NCBI GenBank assembly: GCA_040954595.2 | Contig: CM082582.2 | Coordinates: forward strand, 5,874,303-5,938,302 | Source of the DNA: Balanoglossus misakiensis | Taxonomy: Eukaryota > Animalia > Hemichordata | DNA: 64,000 nt | Direction: 5' to 3' | Shown here: positions 12,027 to 24,290 of the stretch, in pieces | Numbering within the stretch: position 1 is the first letter of the stretch | Layout of the letters: each line of letters starts with the position of its first letter | Program-made: the position numbers and the translations under genes | Notes under the pieces: model-generated | Told to the model about the DNA's origin: nothing | Database searches by the model: none | The model's input: the letters and a program-made list of their open reading frames with translations, nothing else

Positions 12027-12202
12027 TATGCCTTCAATATAACACAAGAATTATGCTCCAATGAGATGTACTGAATTCCTCATCTGGGACAGTTTCGAGT
12101 TGCATTATTACATTTGACAGAATTAACATTTGAGATTGGTGTCACAGAAGTGGTGTATATTCCCATGGTAAATGACAAATCACACACACAGTGTGTGACT
12201 GG

Positions 12203-15200
12203 TTAAACTCGGACAAGCGTCTGCGTGTCATAATTGGATTTTGTCTTGCCACTTTCCAATCTCTCTTCCCGCAGGCATTCCTTCATAAGTTTGTAGCTTT
12301 GACTCTGTCGAAAAAATAGCAAAAAACATTACTACACTATACTGCACTATGTCATATCTCTGTCATCTGCAAATAAGACTGAACACAGTTGATGTATGTG
12401 AACCTTTCTGGAGTTCTTTAAAACCTAGATTTTTATGTTTACGTCAACTTTATGTTGTTACATCAACTTTCCAGAATACAGAAACCTAATTACCTTTGGA
12501 TGAAGAACTGAGACAATCTCTGAAATCTTGTAAAGTTTCCCATGGCGAGGCATGACGTTGAAATATCGCTTGCCGTAAAACACCCCATCAGTATCACCAA
12601 CTGAAATATCACAATGATACAAACAATTAATTAGTAATTTGTTGAGAAAACTGATTAACATAGTCCAGGTGTTCTTGCTCTATAAGTATTAGATTGAAGA
12701 GATTCTGTAATGTCAACGTAGAAAAAATGTTAACAATTCAAGTCAGCTTTATAATAGATCCTTCCCAGGATGAACTTTATCAATGAAGTTCTAGTCTGCT
12801 TTTAGGAAATTATTATCTAGTCACAAGCTCACCCTTTTGGCCGGTCAACTTAACTGTCAAATCCAAGTCATACATGTATTTCGCACAAAAAATTTTGATA
12901 ATCTGAATTGATCAGATGAAATTTTGTCAAGATCAATGACCATGAGTTTTCAGACAAGTTGTATTCACGAACATGTATTGGTACATGAAGGAAAGTTGTT
13001 ATTAAGAAAGAATGTTAAAATTTTGTGGTATCAATTTTCAAATAACGGGACCTTTACACTAACCCTTTCACTAGGATTGACTCGCAAAACATCATGACTT
13101 ACTTGGTTCATCCATTCTGACGCCAACATACAAAGTATGGTCCGCATGTCCTCTGTCAATTTTACCTACAAACTTCACAATACCACTCAGAGGTGGTTTC
13201 TCGACATCAGCATCTGTGGAAAAATTATTTACAATTAAATAAATGACTAGCTATTACTGAAGAAAATTTGCTATATATTGAAGTAAAATTATCTTGACAG
13301 ATCAAGAGCAAAGGTCAAGCTCAACTAAGATTCACAATTGGTCCTATTTAATAACAGACTAGGATAGAATTGTGTATGCTGGTAACTATATTATTAAATT
13401 TGTGTATATATGTTTCATCAGATTGATATCCATAAATGAAAAAGGTATACATGTAGTCACCTCCAATTTACATACACCCATATACGGCTGAAATGGCGTA
13501 TTTGAGGGTTTTATTAAAGAACATATGGTGGCGCTCTTTTTTTCATGTGTACTGCCCACTGAAAATCCGTGATTGGCTGGATCTCAAGTTTACCATGGTA
13601 ACTGTAGCTAAATTTCCTTAGGTGACCTAACGAAATTTCCTTAGGTATACCTTTAAGACAAAACCATTAATGGCAGCCATTTCACTGGACTGACCTTGTT
13701 TCTTGGCTTTTCCCTTTTCTTCCGGCTTCACCATGACCCTGTCGCCGAACTGAACGAATTGCGCCCTCAACCAGTCCTCCTCGTTCACCAGACTCCCGGG
13801 CGGCAGGTCGAAGTAGCGGAATCTCGGCGGTCTCCTCTTGGGCGACGAGGGATGCTGCTGCTGTGCCGGGTGGAAGCCCAGCGATGAGTGCGGCCGGGTC
13901 TGCTGGGTAATTCTCCCGTCGGACGACGACTGCAGGTCCTTGCCGGAGTTGACGATTTGCGGTCGCACGATCGCGGTCCTGGCACGCCGTCTCTTCGGCG
14001 ACGTGGGAGTGGAGTGGCTGCCGTGATGCGGTTTGTCCGGGCTGTCTCCTTTCCCGGCCGTTCCGTCTGTCTGCTGCCTGTCCCCGGCGCCATGACCGTT
14101 GCCGTACGGGTGGTGACTACCCTCGTGTTTGGACGACAGCTAAAAATTCAAGAATGTATACTTTGAAGCATATAAGTTGCAGAATTAACTCACAAAAAAT
14201 TCTTTATATAATGACAGAATATGATATGTTTGTAAACTATATCAAATATGAAGGATGATCTTTAACTTACGTCGGAAAATTCCAAGATTACCTGAATTAA
14301 ATGCAGATGGGCAGTTGATTTCATAGAATGGCGAAGAGGTGAAAGTGATGGAATATGAGTTGTCACACTAACACTCTGATAGCAAGATGCAATTAAGTTC
14401 AAGTTCACACCATGCAAAAATTCAGCCATTGCTCTACACTGAAACTTTTCATTGTTTTTGGGTGCAAGTTCTCTTATTTTGTAGGTTAAATCTTGTGTAT
14501 ACACTTCACAGCAGACTGGGTGCAGGGGACATGCATATCTGTGTGAGATGTGTCAAATGATCAAATTCAATGCAAATTTCACTATTAAGCACGTTTGACA
14601 AAAATGTTTTGCTACGATCAAATAAATTGCAGCAATTTAGTGTAACCTAGGAGAACATGCAGCACCTCTTGAACAAGGAATGATTTCAGTTGTGAAGCCG
14701 CTCTTGAGACAGACGTCAATTATCAATAATGGTAGTTTCACAGCAAACAGTTTGGCAGGAGGTTGAGTGTGACTGGCAATATATGATCACAAACAGTCCT
14801 TCTTTTGGCGGGGATGCAGATTAAAGCTTGAATTGGAATCTTGGTTACTATGGTTGCAACCGTCTTCAAAGGGAGTGTATAATAAACAGTAACTTTAGTT
14901 AGTTCTACAGGATTATTTTGTTCCAGTTTCAATTAATGTTTCTTGTTCATATGCCCTACACTGTGTGGTCCCAAGACTATGTTTTGCTTCTCATCAATAC
15001 GGTCTGTATATGAAATATTCAGTGGTTGTCAATTGAAATTTAGTCTGTACTAAAATTCAACTGTCAACAACCTTCATACATTATTCACATACAGACTGCG
15101 ATGATAAGTCCATTTGGTTTTTCGTCATGGAAAACAAGAAACAGTAGTTGAAACACAGGAAAAATAAACCGGAAAAATAATTCAAGTTACTGTTTATATG

Positions 15201-18200
15201 GTCTCTTTAAAATGCGCACTTTTGGTAAAAATAGTATTTTTATGGAATGATTTTTGCTTTAGAACATGTATCTTTGAAATTCGAATCAAGATATAATTTT
15301 TTTTAAATGTGAAACTAAATGTTTGACTACATGTGCACTGAATAAAAGGCAAAAACAAATCACCTTCTGCCATGGTTTGGGGTTAGAGTGAGTTTCTCGG
15401 TGAAGTGCAGAATGCTTGCTATCACTCGCACCACCCTCATGCTGAACAACAGGGCTACTGATAGTGTTACCTGACTCGTTATGCGGTGGAGTTGGCGCTC
15501 TGGAAGAAATCGGAACTCAATCATTGAATCAGTGTCAATGTGATGCCTGCAGCGTTGTGATTGGAGGAGAGAAGAATATGCAACCAAATTAGCAACAAGC
15601 GTTATATGACTAGACCCATTTGGAATCATTGCTTAATTCAATTTACTACCCTACGGTATACACTGCCACTCTGGATTGACCAAGTGTGGAAGATCTATAA
15701 ACAGATCTGAGCAACGAAGCTGTCAGACACAAATCCAATTCACCATAAGCTTCAATCCCCAGCACAATCTTCCCCAAAAACATACAGTCAAACCTGTCTA
15801 TACCAAAGAACTTTTCAAGTCCCTTTCACATAGTGATAAAAGAATACATCTATAAACAAACACCTACATTTGTATGCAAACCAACCAATTTCCTTAGTCC
15901 TTTGGTTTCCAGTTTTATAAACACAGAGCAATGAGAAGTAAAGTGCCAATGATCGCGGCCATGATCCTCCTATAGAAAACTGCCAGTTGTCTGGGCCCTA
16001 GTCCCAAACCCACAAATAACCCCCCAATAAGAGAGTCTGGTACCCCTTCCCTAGGCCGCGATGACCCCCCCCCCCCTCCCTCCCGCACATATCTCACCTG
16101 GTTTCCAAATTTGACACTTTGACGTGCGCCCCACTCGGGAATGTGGCGCTGTACAGTTTACTCCAGGGAATTTCCCCGACGATCTGCTCCTTCATACATT
16201 CCAGCTCCTGCGTCTTCTGCACCACTAGGCTGTCTTTCCCGATAATCAGTTTCTTCAGGGTCAGGATCTCGTAATGCGCCATTTGTAGTTCCTTCTCCAG
16301 TTGGGGAATGGTGCTCACTTCCGCTTCTAAACTCTGGAAAATTTGTGGGAAAATTAGTGGGAAAACTTAAGATTTGAATGCAAGTACCGGGTGTAGTTTG
16401 GGAGTTTTCAGTAATTATGAAAGAGAGAGACAGAGAGTTACGAGAAAGAGAGAAAGAGAGATGGGGTGATGGGGGAATAATAATAATAATAGTAAAAACT
16501 CTTACCTGTATTTTATTTCTTTGTTCTTTGATTGTCTGTCTTGCCAGCGACAACTGTGCCCTCCTTTCTAACAAGTGTTTCTTGCTCATCTCCAGCGATT
16601 CTTTGGTTTCGTCTAATTCTTTTTCTAAAATTGGCACAACTTCTAATTCCTACAACAAAAAATCAGAGTCTTATTAATTTGCTGATTTTTTCTCTCATTT
16701 TGTGGTTGCGTTACTGTGTGTGAGAATCCACAAATATCAAAGTGGATTGCAATGTCATTAGAAATCAAAACACCAACTCTTTGATCAGCTTTTAACCTAG
16801 AATCCAACCGATTCTGGCAAATGAAAAGAAATTTTACCTTTTCCATAGCTTGGTTTCTTTTGACCTCATCTCTGACTTGTTGATTCAAGTCTCCTACTTT
16901 GGTGTTCAGGTCCTGGATATTTTCCTTTGCCGAGTGCAGTTGTTTATTCACATCGTCCAGTGTCTGCTTCAAACTTTTGATCTCGTTGTCTCGATCTCTG
17001 ATAGTGGATCTGGGGAAGTTAAATGATTATTTTGAATGTATGAGCTGGTTCTTAAAATAAAGACTATTAAAATTATTTAAGTAGGGCAGTTTAGTCATCA
17101 ATGCAGACATTATCACCATGGCTAATGGCTGGAACACATTAAGCGAAACTGAGAGAAAACTTAACATCATGGATTATAAAATTCTCAAAATAGTATTGGT
17201 ACACAGACCAACATATCTTACTTCATCATATGTTTGTGACTATTAAATACACATATAGGTCGCAATTGAGAAACTCAAACTTCATTGTACCTTAACGTAC
17301 AGTGATGATCTGTATTTAAAATTGTAAAAGAATTCTATTACATGTACGGTGCTTATGGAGATTTATTTGGTTGGCAAAGAACATAACCACAAAGGTATCA
17401 TTGTATTGTACTGTACTGTACTGTATTGTGTTGTATTGCATTGTATCATATTGTATAGTATTGTAATTATACTGTACTGTCTGTGTTGGATTTATCGTTC
17501 AATAAATTTTAATGAGCTCTTGCATGTGAGCTAACTACTTACTGGTTGTTTTTTAGGACTTCTCGTAGTGTTTCCAGTTGCATTTCTGTTTTCTCAACCT
17601 CAGATACTACAAAACACACAATATAAAGTCTGTGAGAGTGAGAATTCTGTCACATGTTTGCTGCAATCAGCAAAAGGCACTAAGTACTAGGGGTACATGT
17701 AGAGTCTCTGAGACTGACATGACGACCTGACAATTTCTTATTTCCGAACTTCTCCACTCCCTTACCTCTGAGTTCAAGATTTTTTATTCGTTGCTCACAG
17801 TACGTCTGTTCTCGTTGCATTAATTCAATCTGTTTGCTTTTCTTTTCATTCTGATTGGAAGAAAAATCAGATACAGGATTGTAAAATATAAAAGACACAC
17901 ATATTTACCGTTGAAGACAGAGTCACTTTTACAATGTCTCATATTTCAGAATATATTCTCCTTGGAACATTGACATTTTGTACTTGTTTTTCATTTACAA
18001 TCAAATTGTATATGTGAATACTGTAAACTAAATAACTGATATATATGAGTTCACTTTTGTATTTGTGTGAAATGTATTTTATATGAAAGATTTAGTAAAA
18101 TGAATGATCAGTAATGCAAATTTAACTTGCTCCAATGAACATACTTGGGCCATTTTTTTTCCAGTGAAAACGGCTTTCTTGTCTGGTTGTGACTGATTTT

Positions 18201-18933
18201 ATATGTCTGAATCAAATGAAAACTAAACAGTGAAATAGTAAAACTGAGCTTACATCATTCCGAAACCGCTCCAAGGTCCTGGTGTGTTTTTCGTTTGCCT
18301 TGGAGACAGCCTCATGTTTCACCTGCAACTCTGAGTATTTCTCATCCAAATCCTAAAAAAAGTGAGCGTAGGAATGATAATAATAAGTATCACTAACAGT
18401 ATGATCAATTTAAAAATGGTAAATTTAAGTACTATTCAGCACTTATATACAGTGAAACCTGTTTAAACCGGACACCAAAGGGACTGAAGAAATTTTTCGG
18501 TTTGTAGAGGTGTCTGGTTTATAGAGGTTCTTCTAACATGTGCCTCTATATGGCTAAGGAACAGGAAAATGTGTTTGGTTTAGACACGTTTAAGATTAGA
18601 CAGAGTTCGGTTTAGACAGCTAGGTTTTGCTGTATCATAATCAATGAATGATACATCAAGCTGGCCAACTTTGTATTGTAAGCTTCAATTGAAAAACACA
18701 AACTTTTCTACAGTACACCCAATACAAAACAGCGTCGCAAAACTGCGGAATTAAAATTTTGCCGGCCTCACCTCTCGGAGCTTCTTCTCCTTTGCCAGGT
18801 CTTCCTTGGTAACTTTCAGAGTTTCCTGGAGATTCGCCATATCCGCCTCCCTGGAACGGGGAACACTTTTCAGATTTCGTTTCTTGCCACTCGAGGGAGA
18901 GTACATTTTAGTTGAGGTGGTGTGACTCGACAT
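12203..18933 (-). CDS. Uncharacterised protein: long coiled coil, low-complexity linker and C-terminal CAP-Gly domain
   Basis: Exons at ~18933-18772, 18352-18254, 17851-17766, 17607-17543, 17009-16838, 16649-16506, 16333-16098, 15500-15364, 14140-13696, 13213-13103, 12601-12495 and 12304-12203. The heptad-rich N-terminus includes ELEVVPILEKELDETKESLE. The CAP-Gly signature reads GDRVMV...SGIVKFVGKID...YVGVRMDEPIGDTDGVFYGKRYF...HGKL. Confidence 0.85.
13455..13627 (-). mobile_element. MITE copy 2, inverted relative to 11863-12026
   Basis: agtcacctccaatttacatac...aaagaacatatggtggcgctcttttt...aggtgacc is the reverse complement of copy 1. Confidence 0.8.
17400..17480. repeat. Degenerate pentanucleotide microsatellite (TTGTA/CTGTA)n
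   Basis: attgtattgtactgtactgtactgtattgtgttgtattgcattgta... Confidence 0.8.
18450..18632 (+). mobile_element. pogo/Tigger-like (Tc1/mariner superfamily) MITE
   Basis: ta|cagtgaaacctgtttaaaccggacacc ... ggtttagacagctaggttttgctg|ta. A second copy lies at ~35075-35245 and an end fragment at ~15783. Confidence 0.8.
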
Positions 18934-21900
18934 TGTGAGTGTGTGTGTTGCCCACACAAAATACAACAACCGGTAGAAGTCGCAGATCAACAACGACCAA
19001 AGTTGAGGAGAAACTTCAGCGACTGTATATGATGGTATTCGAATCCAGCGGAGATTGTAAGGTCAACGACAACAAGTAACTTGACGCCACAAACAGACAC
19101 ACAGTCAGGAATATTAAGTCAATTTGTACGTTCCACGGGTTGTCACTACAACAGGCAATTTAAGCCACTAGCGAATCAGTGGTACGACGGATAAAAAACG
19201 CATTTTGGCCCGGCCGTCGCGACACAGCACCAGTCGCTACACAGAAGCAGCTACTAGCTTTCCTGACAACACGAGTTTCAAACACACAATCATATGCAAA
19301 TCACTATCTTGAGTTATAATAGCCGTATTGTTAAACAGAATTGTCCACGCGTTGAATGAAGGAGGTCGTCATGAAATAGAGCCATACAATATGTCAATAA
19401 AGTGGACTGAAGTTGTGTCTACAGTTGGTTATCTGCTTATATACTAACAGGGTCCACTCTTGTTAAAAGTACTGTGTTTTGATAATCTTGGATCAAAATC
19501 TTGTAACTATTTAATATTTAGCACTGCCAATTAAACAGTAGGGTCACCAAAACAGGACCAAAACACTTTGAAAACATATTACCAATCATTGAAACCACCA
19601 TATCAACAGACTACCGTATGAACAAACAAAAGTTTGCCTGAGCGCCAAATATAGTATGACAGAAATGTAAAAGAATTTTTTCAGGGGAGAAAAACAGTAA
19701 ATTGGACATGAATTTGATTTGCAAATAAAAATGTCACCAAAAAGAAATGACAATTTCAACAGTATGTGAGCAGTTACCACACCAGTCCCTGACTCACAGA
19801 TAATGGTTAGCAGTATATATAAAGCCAAACGTACATCAGCTTTAGCCGAACACGTAGTCTCAGTGTACACTCTCGACAGAGTTCACTAAGGTCCACTGAC
19901 CATGGACAATATTAGCTTAAATCAGCCAGAGCACCACCTGTAACGGGGCTGTGCATTCGATGAAAAACTCATTCTTGTGTGAGATTGCCTCAATTTACCA
20001 GTAGGGGGATAATTATTGAACAAATCTGAGACGGGGCCTTGGGGGGGGGGGGACGTGGCATATTGGTGATGCATCATAATTACGTGGAGGTAATAACAGT
20101 GTGAATACACAGTGTGAATATCTTGCAGACGCTTTTAACAGTTACAAAATTCGCTTGCGCTGAAATCATCCATTCATCCATTACACTCAAAGACTGTCGA
20201 GACCACCGGGTTAAACATCCATGAAACAGACTGCAAATTATGATGAAGATTGACATTTATGGCAGCCTGATTTTAATTAGATTGCCAACACACTAACAGT
20301 ACTACTTAGGCAGAATAAGAAGGTGCCAGTCATGCAGGTACTTTTACCTGCAGCAATTCTAGTTCAGCACTTGAAACTACAACATGTTACGTTTTTTAAC
20401 TGAAAATGGCCGTATGGTGTCACATACTACTAACATATACCATATGATACTGCTAGGAAAAATACTTTCAATGTGATTGTCGGGTAAGATTTCTGAATAC
20501 TTCTGGCAATAAGGCTATCTCGTGAACTCCAAAAGCAATGACAGGACCAAGACAACTTGACCTGTTTGGTTTAACAGAAGCAATGTTGACCCTCACCTAA
20601 TATGTACTTCAATGTGTGTGTGGATGGGTAGGGGAACATATTTATATGGTAGTTTTTTGCTCAGTTTCTGGATTTTGCAATATGTGGTTTTAATGAACCA
20701 TGAGCTCATGTACTGTAAAGCTGATTTTCTATCTCAGTTGATTCAGTTTTTCTTCACGTACAATTTTTTTCATTACAACTACAATCACAGTGAGACTGGC
20801 GATGTTTACGGAGAGCAGAATGCATTGTGTATTGCGTGCTACATTGTATGTATCGCCCTTGAACCTTAGATCCCAGCTAGCCCACCACTGCCTCTCAAAA
20901 CAACTTTAACCTAAAGAATCACGAGTCTTCTCACAGTACTTATACTAAAAAGGCTACGACGAAACTTCAGTGCCTGTCATAATAACACAACCTTGACATT
21001 ATATCAGCTCAGTTACAAACCTAAAAAAAATCACCCCTTTTGATGAACTTGACCTCATCAGCCCTGTTTCTTTGTATAGAGTCCAGCCATGCCACCGCAA
21101 ATCATGGTGTTTGCAAAGAAAAGGGTTATCTATATTTACACTATACTCACAGAAGTTTTAGAAGCATGTGTGTGGTGCAGTAGCACATACAGTAAATGAG
21201 TATACCGTAAACACATAGAGGTTATACATACAAATGAATTCCTCCTAAGTTTGGACATCAATACAGCAGTGCATACAATTTTGTCGAACAATGATTTACA
21301 AGAAATTAACACGGGGATATACATACCTCCTCTCTTACCCAAATTGAGGACAAAACTCCTTCAAGCAAGTTTTGAGTCTTAAATTGCCTTCCGTTGACTA
21401 CCGGTGCATATATATGTATCAACCCCAACTTGACAGTGTCACTCGTAAATAATTCACAAACTACAGCAGTTTGCTTTGTATTGATAACACATCAATGGGT
21501 GTGTCTTCTGTTTCTTTTTGTGTCTTTGACTCTGGTGTCATCATGAATAATACAGCATTGTTGTCAGTTGCCATGTCATCACATTTACATGACAATAGCA
21601 CCTTTACCACTTGGGGTCTTTTGACCAATCGCGACGAACAGATAGGACCTGGAGTTACAATTGCGGCAGATTTCAACTTGCTTAAAACTTTTCTGCCTAC
21701 CACACATAATTAAAAAGTGCATCTTGGAAATGAAACAAGTTCATGTGTTCTCATTTGTATTAGGCTTTTTGAGTTTTAAAAGTGCATATAACAATAAGAC
21801 ACACAAGAAAACCATGTACACCATACCACAATGGACAAATTAACTGCTAGGAGTTCTGTTACCTGTGATCACACCTAACTGTATACAGTTAAATTCACTG

Positions 21901-23370
21901 TGGCTAGATACCATAGCAAATACAGGATTTTCAGCCACTGCCAATACATTTGAGCCATTTCTAAGCCATTAAAACTATTTTGGCTATTTTGACTGCCCAA
22001 GCCACAATCTACTACACACATCCAGCTATCCTTATGTCAACCTTGATGCAAACAGAATAACTGTGCCCATAAAATTTCAAAGAGCGTTGCCTGGTTGAAC
22101 TAGTATCCAAAATTTACACCTCAGTCTGACTACAACCAGAGAGCATAGGTAATGTTGACAATGTAAGCTTCAAGACTTAATACAGAAGCATTTAGTAATT
22201 CTACCTGAATAATTTGCTTTAGCCAGTCTCATGCACCGATCGACATCCTCTCCAGAACACTTCGGTGTAAATATAGATCTTATAGTTTTTCAGCAAAATG
22301 ACATGATCTCTGACATGTTCTGCTTCCCTTATCACAAGCCACTGTTTACATAGTGCATACACAATACAAATTTATGTACTTCCAAATCTAAGTCAGTCAG
22401 TGTCAAAAAAAATTGTCACGTTACAACATAAAATTTGAGACTGGTACTAAAGTGTACGTTAAAATCGCAGAAATTTTTAGCTGAAGCTTAAATTTGGTCG
22501 TTAGAAACGGTGATAATTATAGCAACCTACCAGTACCTGTTGACTGCGTTCCCCTGCCCGCCACTTACAGGCCTATTACGTTACCATGGTGTACCACAAG
22601 GGGTACTTCCCTATTCATGTATACACTGCCTTATTGGTCGTTTATCCCCAGACCCTCAAGTGTATTCGCTGAACTCTCACCTCTTAAAATTTAGTCTTTA
22701 TTTGTTAGTTCTTGTTTTGGGTCAACATCGGTCCAAAGTCCCCCCAACCCAGGCTGTAAACAGCTCCGGGCAGCCGAAACAAAACAGATCATTTCTATAA
22801 ATGTAGAAAACCCGACTGACTTCTTAAATCCTTTTCTTCTTTTCACAGCACAGGGGCAAAAGGCTGGATATTATGCAGTTGTGGGCAATCTTCCAATTTG
22901 GGGCTATTTACCTGTAATAGAACACTGCTCAAAAATCATAAAAACATTACATTTGTTTCGTTAATTAAACTCAATTGGAAAAAAGAGTGAATTATTTTTG
23001 TTAAATCTCTGTGGAGACTAACATTTTGAAATTGGGTTCACCACATCATAAGAATTTTAAAAGCCACGGGACAAATATCCGATTAACAAAGGGTGCTATT
23101 TTTCTGCACAGAAACTTTAGACAGTCAGAGCAGATTTATGGTAATTAAGAAATCGATACCAGAACAGGGCATGGATACTCCACCGCACACAATAGACAGA
23201 GGTCACACCTCTCTGCAGGTATACCATCAAATTATTTGTATCTACTCTTGTATGCACTCTAATATACAGGTCAGGTCTGTTTTCTTTAAACTTCATTGTA
23301 CCTCACAGAAACACACCATCAAATGGTACTATGAGTATATAAAGGAACTTTTACTGTTTAGCCTGGTCTT

Positions 23371-23453
23371 CAATCTGATTAAAATCAGATGTAGGGAACG
23401 GCGACTTGGTTTTTTTAAGTCGCCGTTCCCTACATCTGATTTTAATCAGATTG
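23371..23453. mobile_element. Foldback MITE with perfect 37-bp arms and a ~9-bp TSD
   Basis: caatctgattaaaatcagatgtagggaacggcgactt, a 9-nt loop, then the exact reverse complement. Flanks are cctggtctt / cctggtctc. Confidence 0.9.
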
Positions 23454-24290
23454 CCTGGTCTCCATACCCAGTGTTTTTAGATAGACTCACAACACACTGG
23501 GTATATGGATACCAGGCTACCAGCCACTATGATGGACCATTTGATTTTGAGAGGGGTGAACTGAATAAGAATATTAATAGGTAAAGTTTTAAAAAAATGG
23601 CTAGGGAAAATACAAAACCGCTTACCAGTTCTCAGATTTTCGATGAATTTTGACATAAGCTGTCTCCAAGCAGATCTCCATTGCATCCCATGGGATGAGG
23701 GCGATTCATCAATTTACGTGTGGGAAATAATTCTAAAAACTTACCTTTAAACCGTCTGATGCACATTGCATTGTAATTTGTGCAGAGATTTCCATTCAAA
23801 AGTCCAAAATTGATGTTATTTCAAATGTATATGAACATAGGATCGTGGATGTGCGAACCGGTGGAAAGAAAGTGCTTGTCAATCATGTCGGTTGGGGGCG
23901 CTAGTAGCCAAACTTGTCAATCATTGAATGCTGTTATTTTGAAATTCTTGTGTAAACTCGCCAGGTACACTAACTGTGTTGGTGGTCTTCGAACGAAAGC
24001 ATTTTATCAGCATTAATTTTGAAAGTTGTATCATGAGTCTGCGTTTCCAAAATATCATATATTTGATTTGATGATCTGGTTAATTTGAATCCGAAAACGC
24101 GTTTGAAGCAGAAGTTCACTTTGCAGTCACGGATTCGCCCGAATCGTAACCAGTCTCGTGTCGTAAGTGACACTTCGGAGCAAGTTGACTGGAGTGGGAT
24201 GTTCTGTATTGAAGTATTTGGATGCTAATGCACACTTAACCTAATATTAGCTGTTTTAAACAAGGTTACCCACTTTGAGCACGAATAAAA

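Noticed and set aside
13696-14166. Several overlapping ORFs on both strands
   Set aside because: These are by-products of a GC-rich exon; only one frame splices into the CAP-Gly gene.
21461-21713. Opposing 80-aa ORFs
   Set aside because: No recognisable domain and no convincing splice partners.
22205-22350. Minus-strand frame MSEIMSFC*KTIRS... as a selenoprotein exon
   Set aside because: No redox motif, SECIS element or homology is visible; a chance TGA is more likely.
23093-23584. 163-aa ORF
   Set aside because: It has a non-ATG start and an unnatural composition, and it runs through the foldback MITE.
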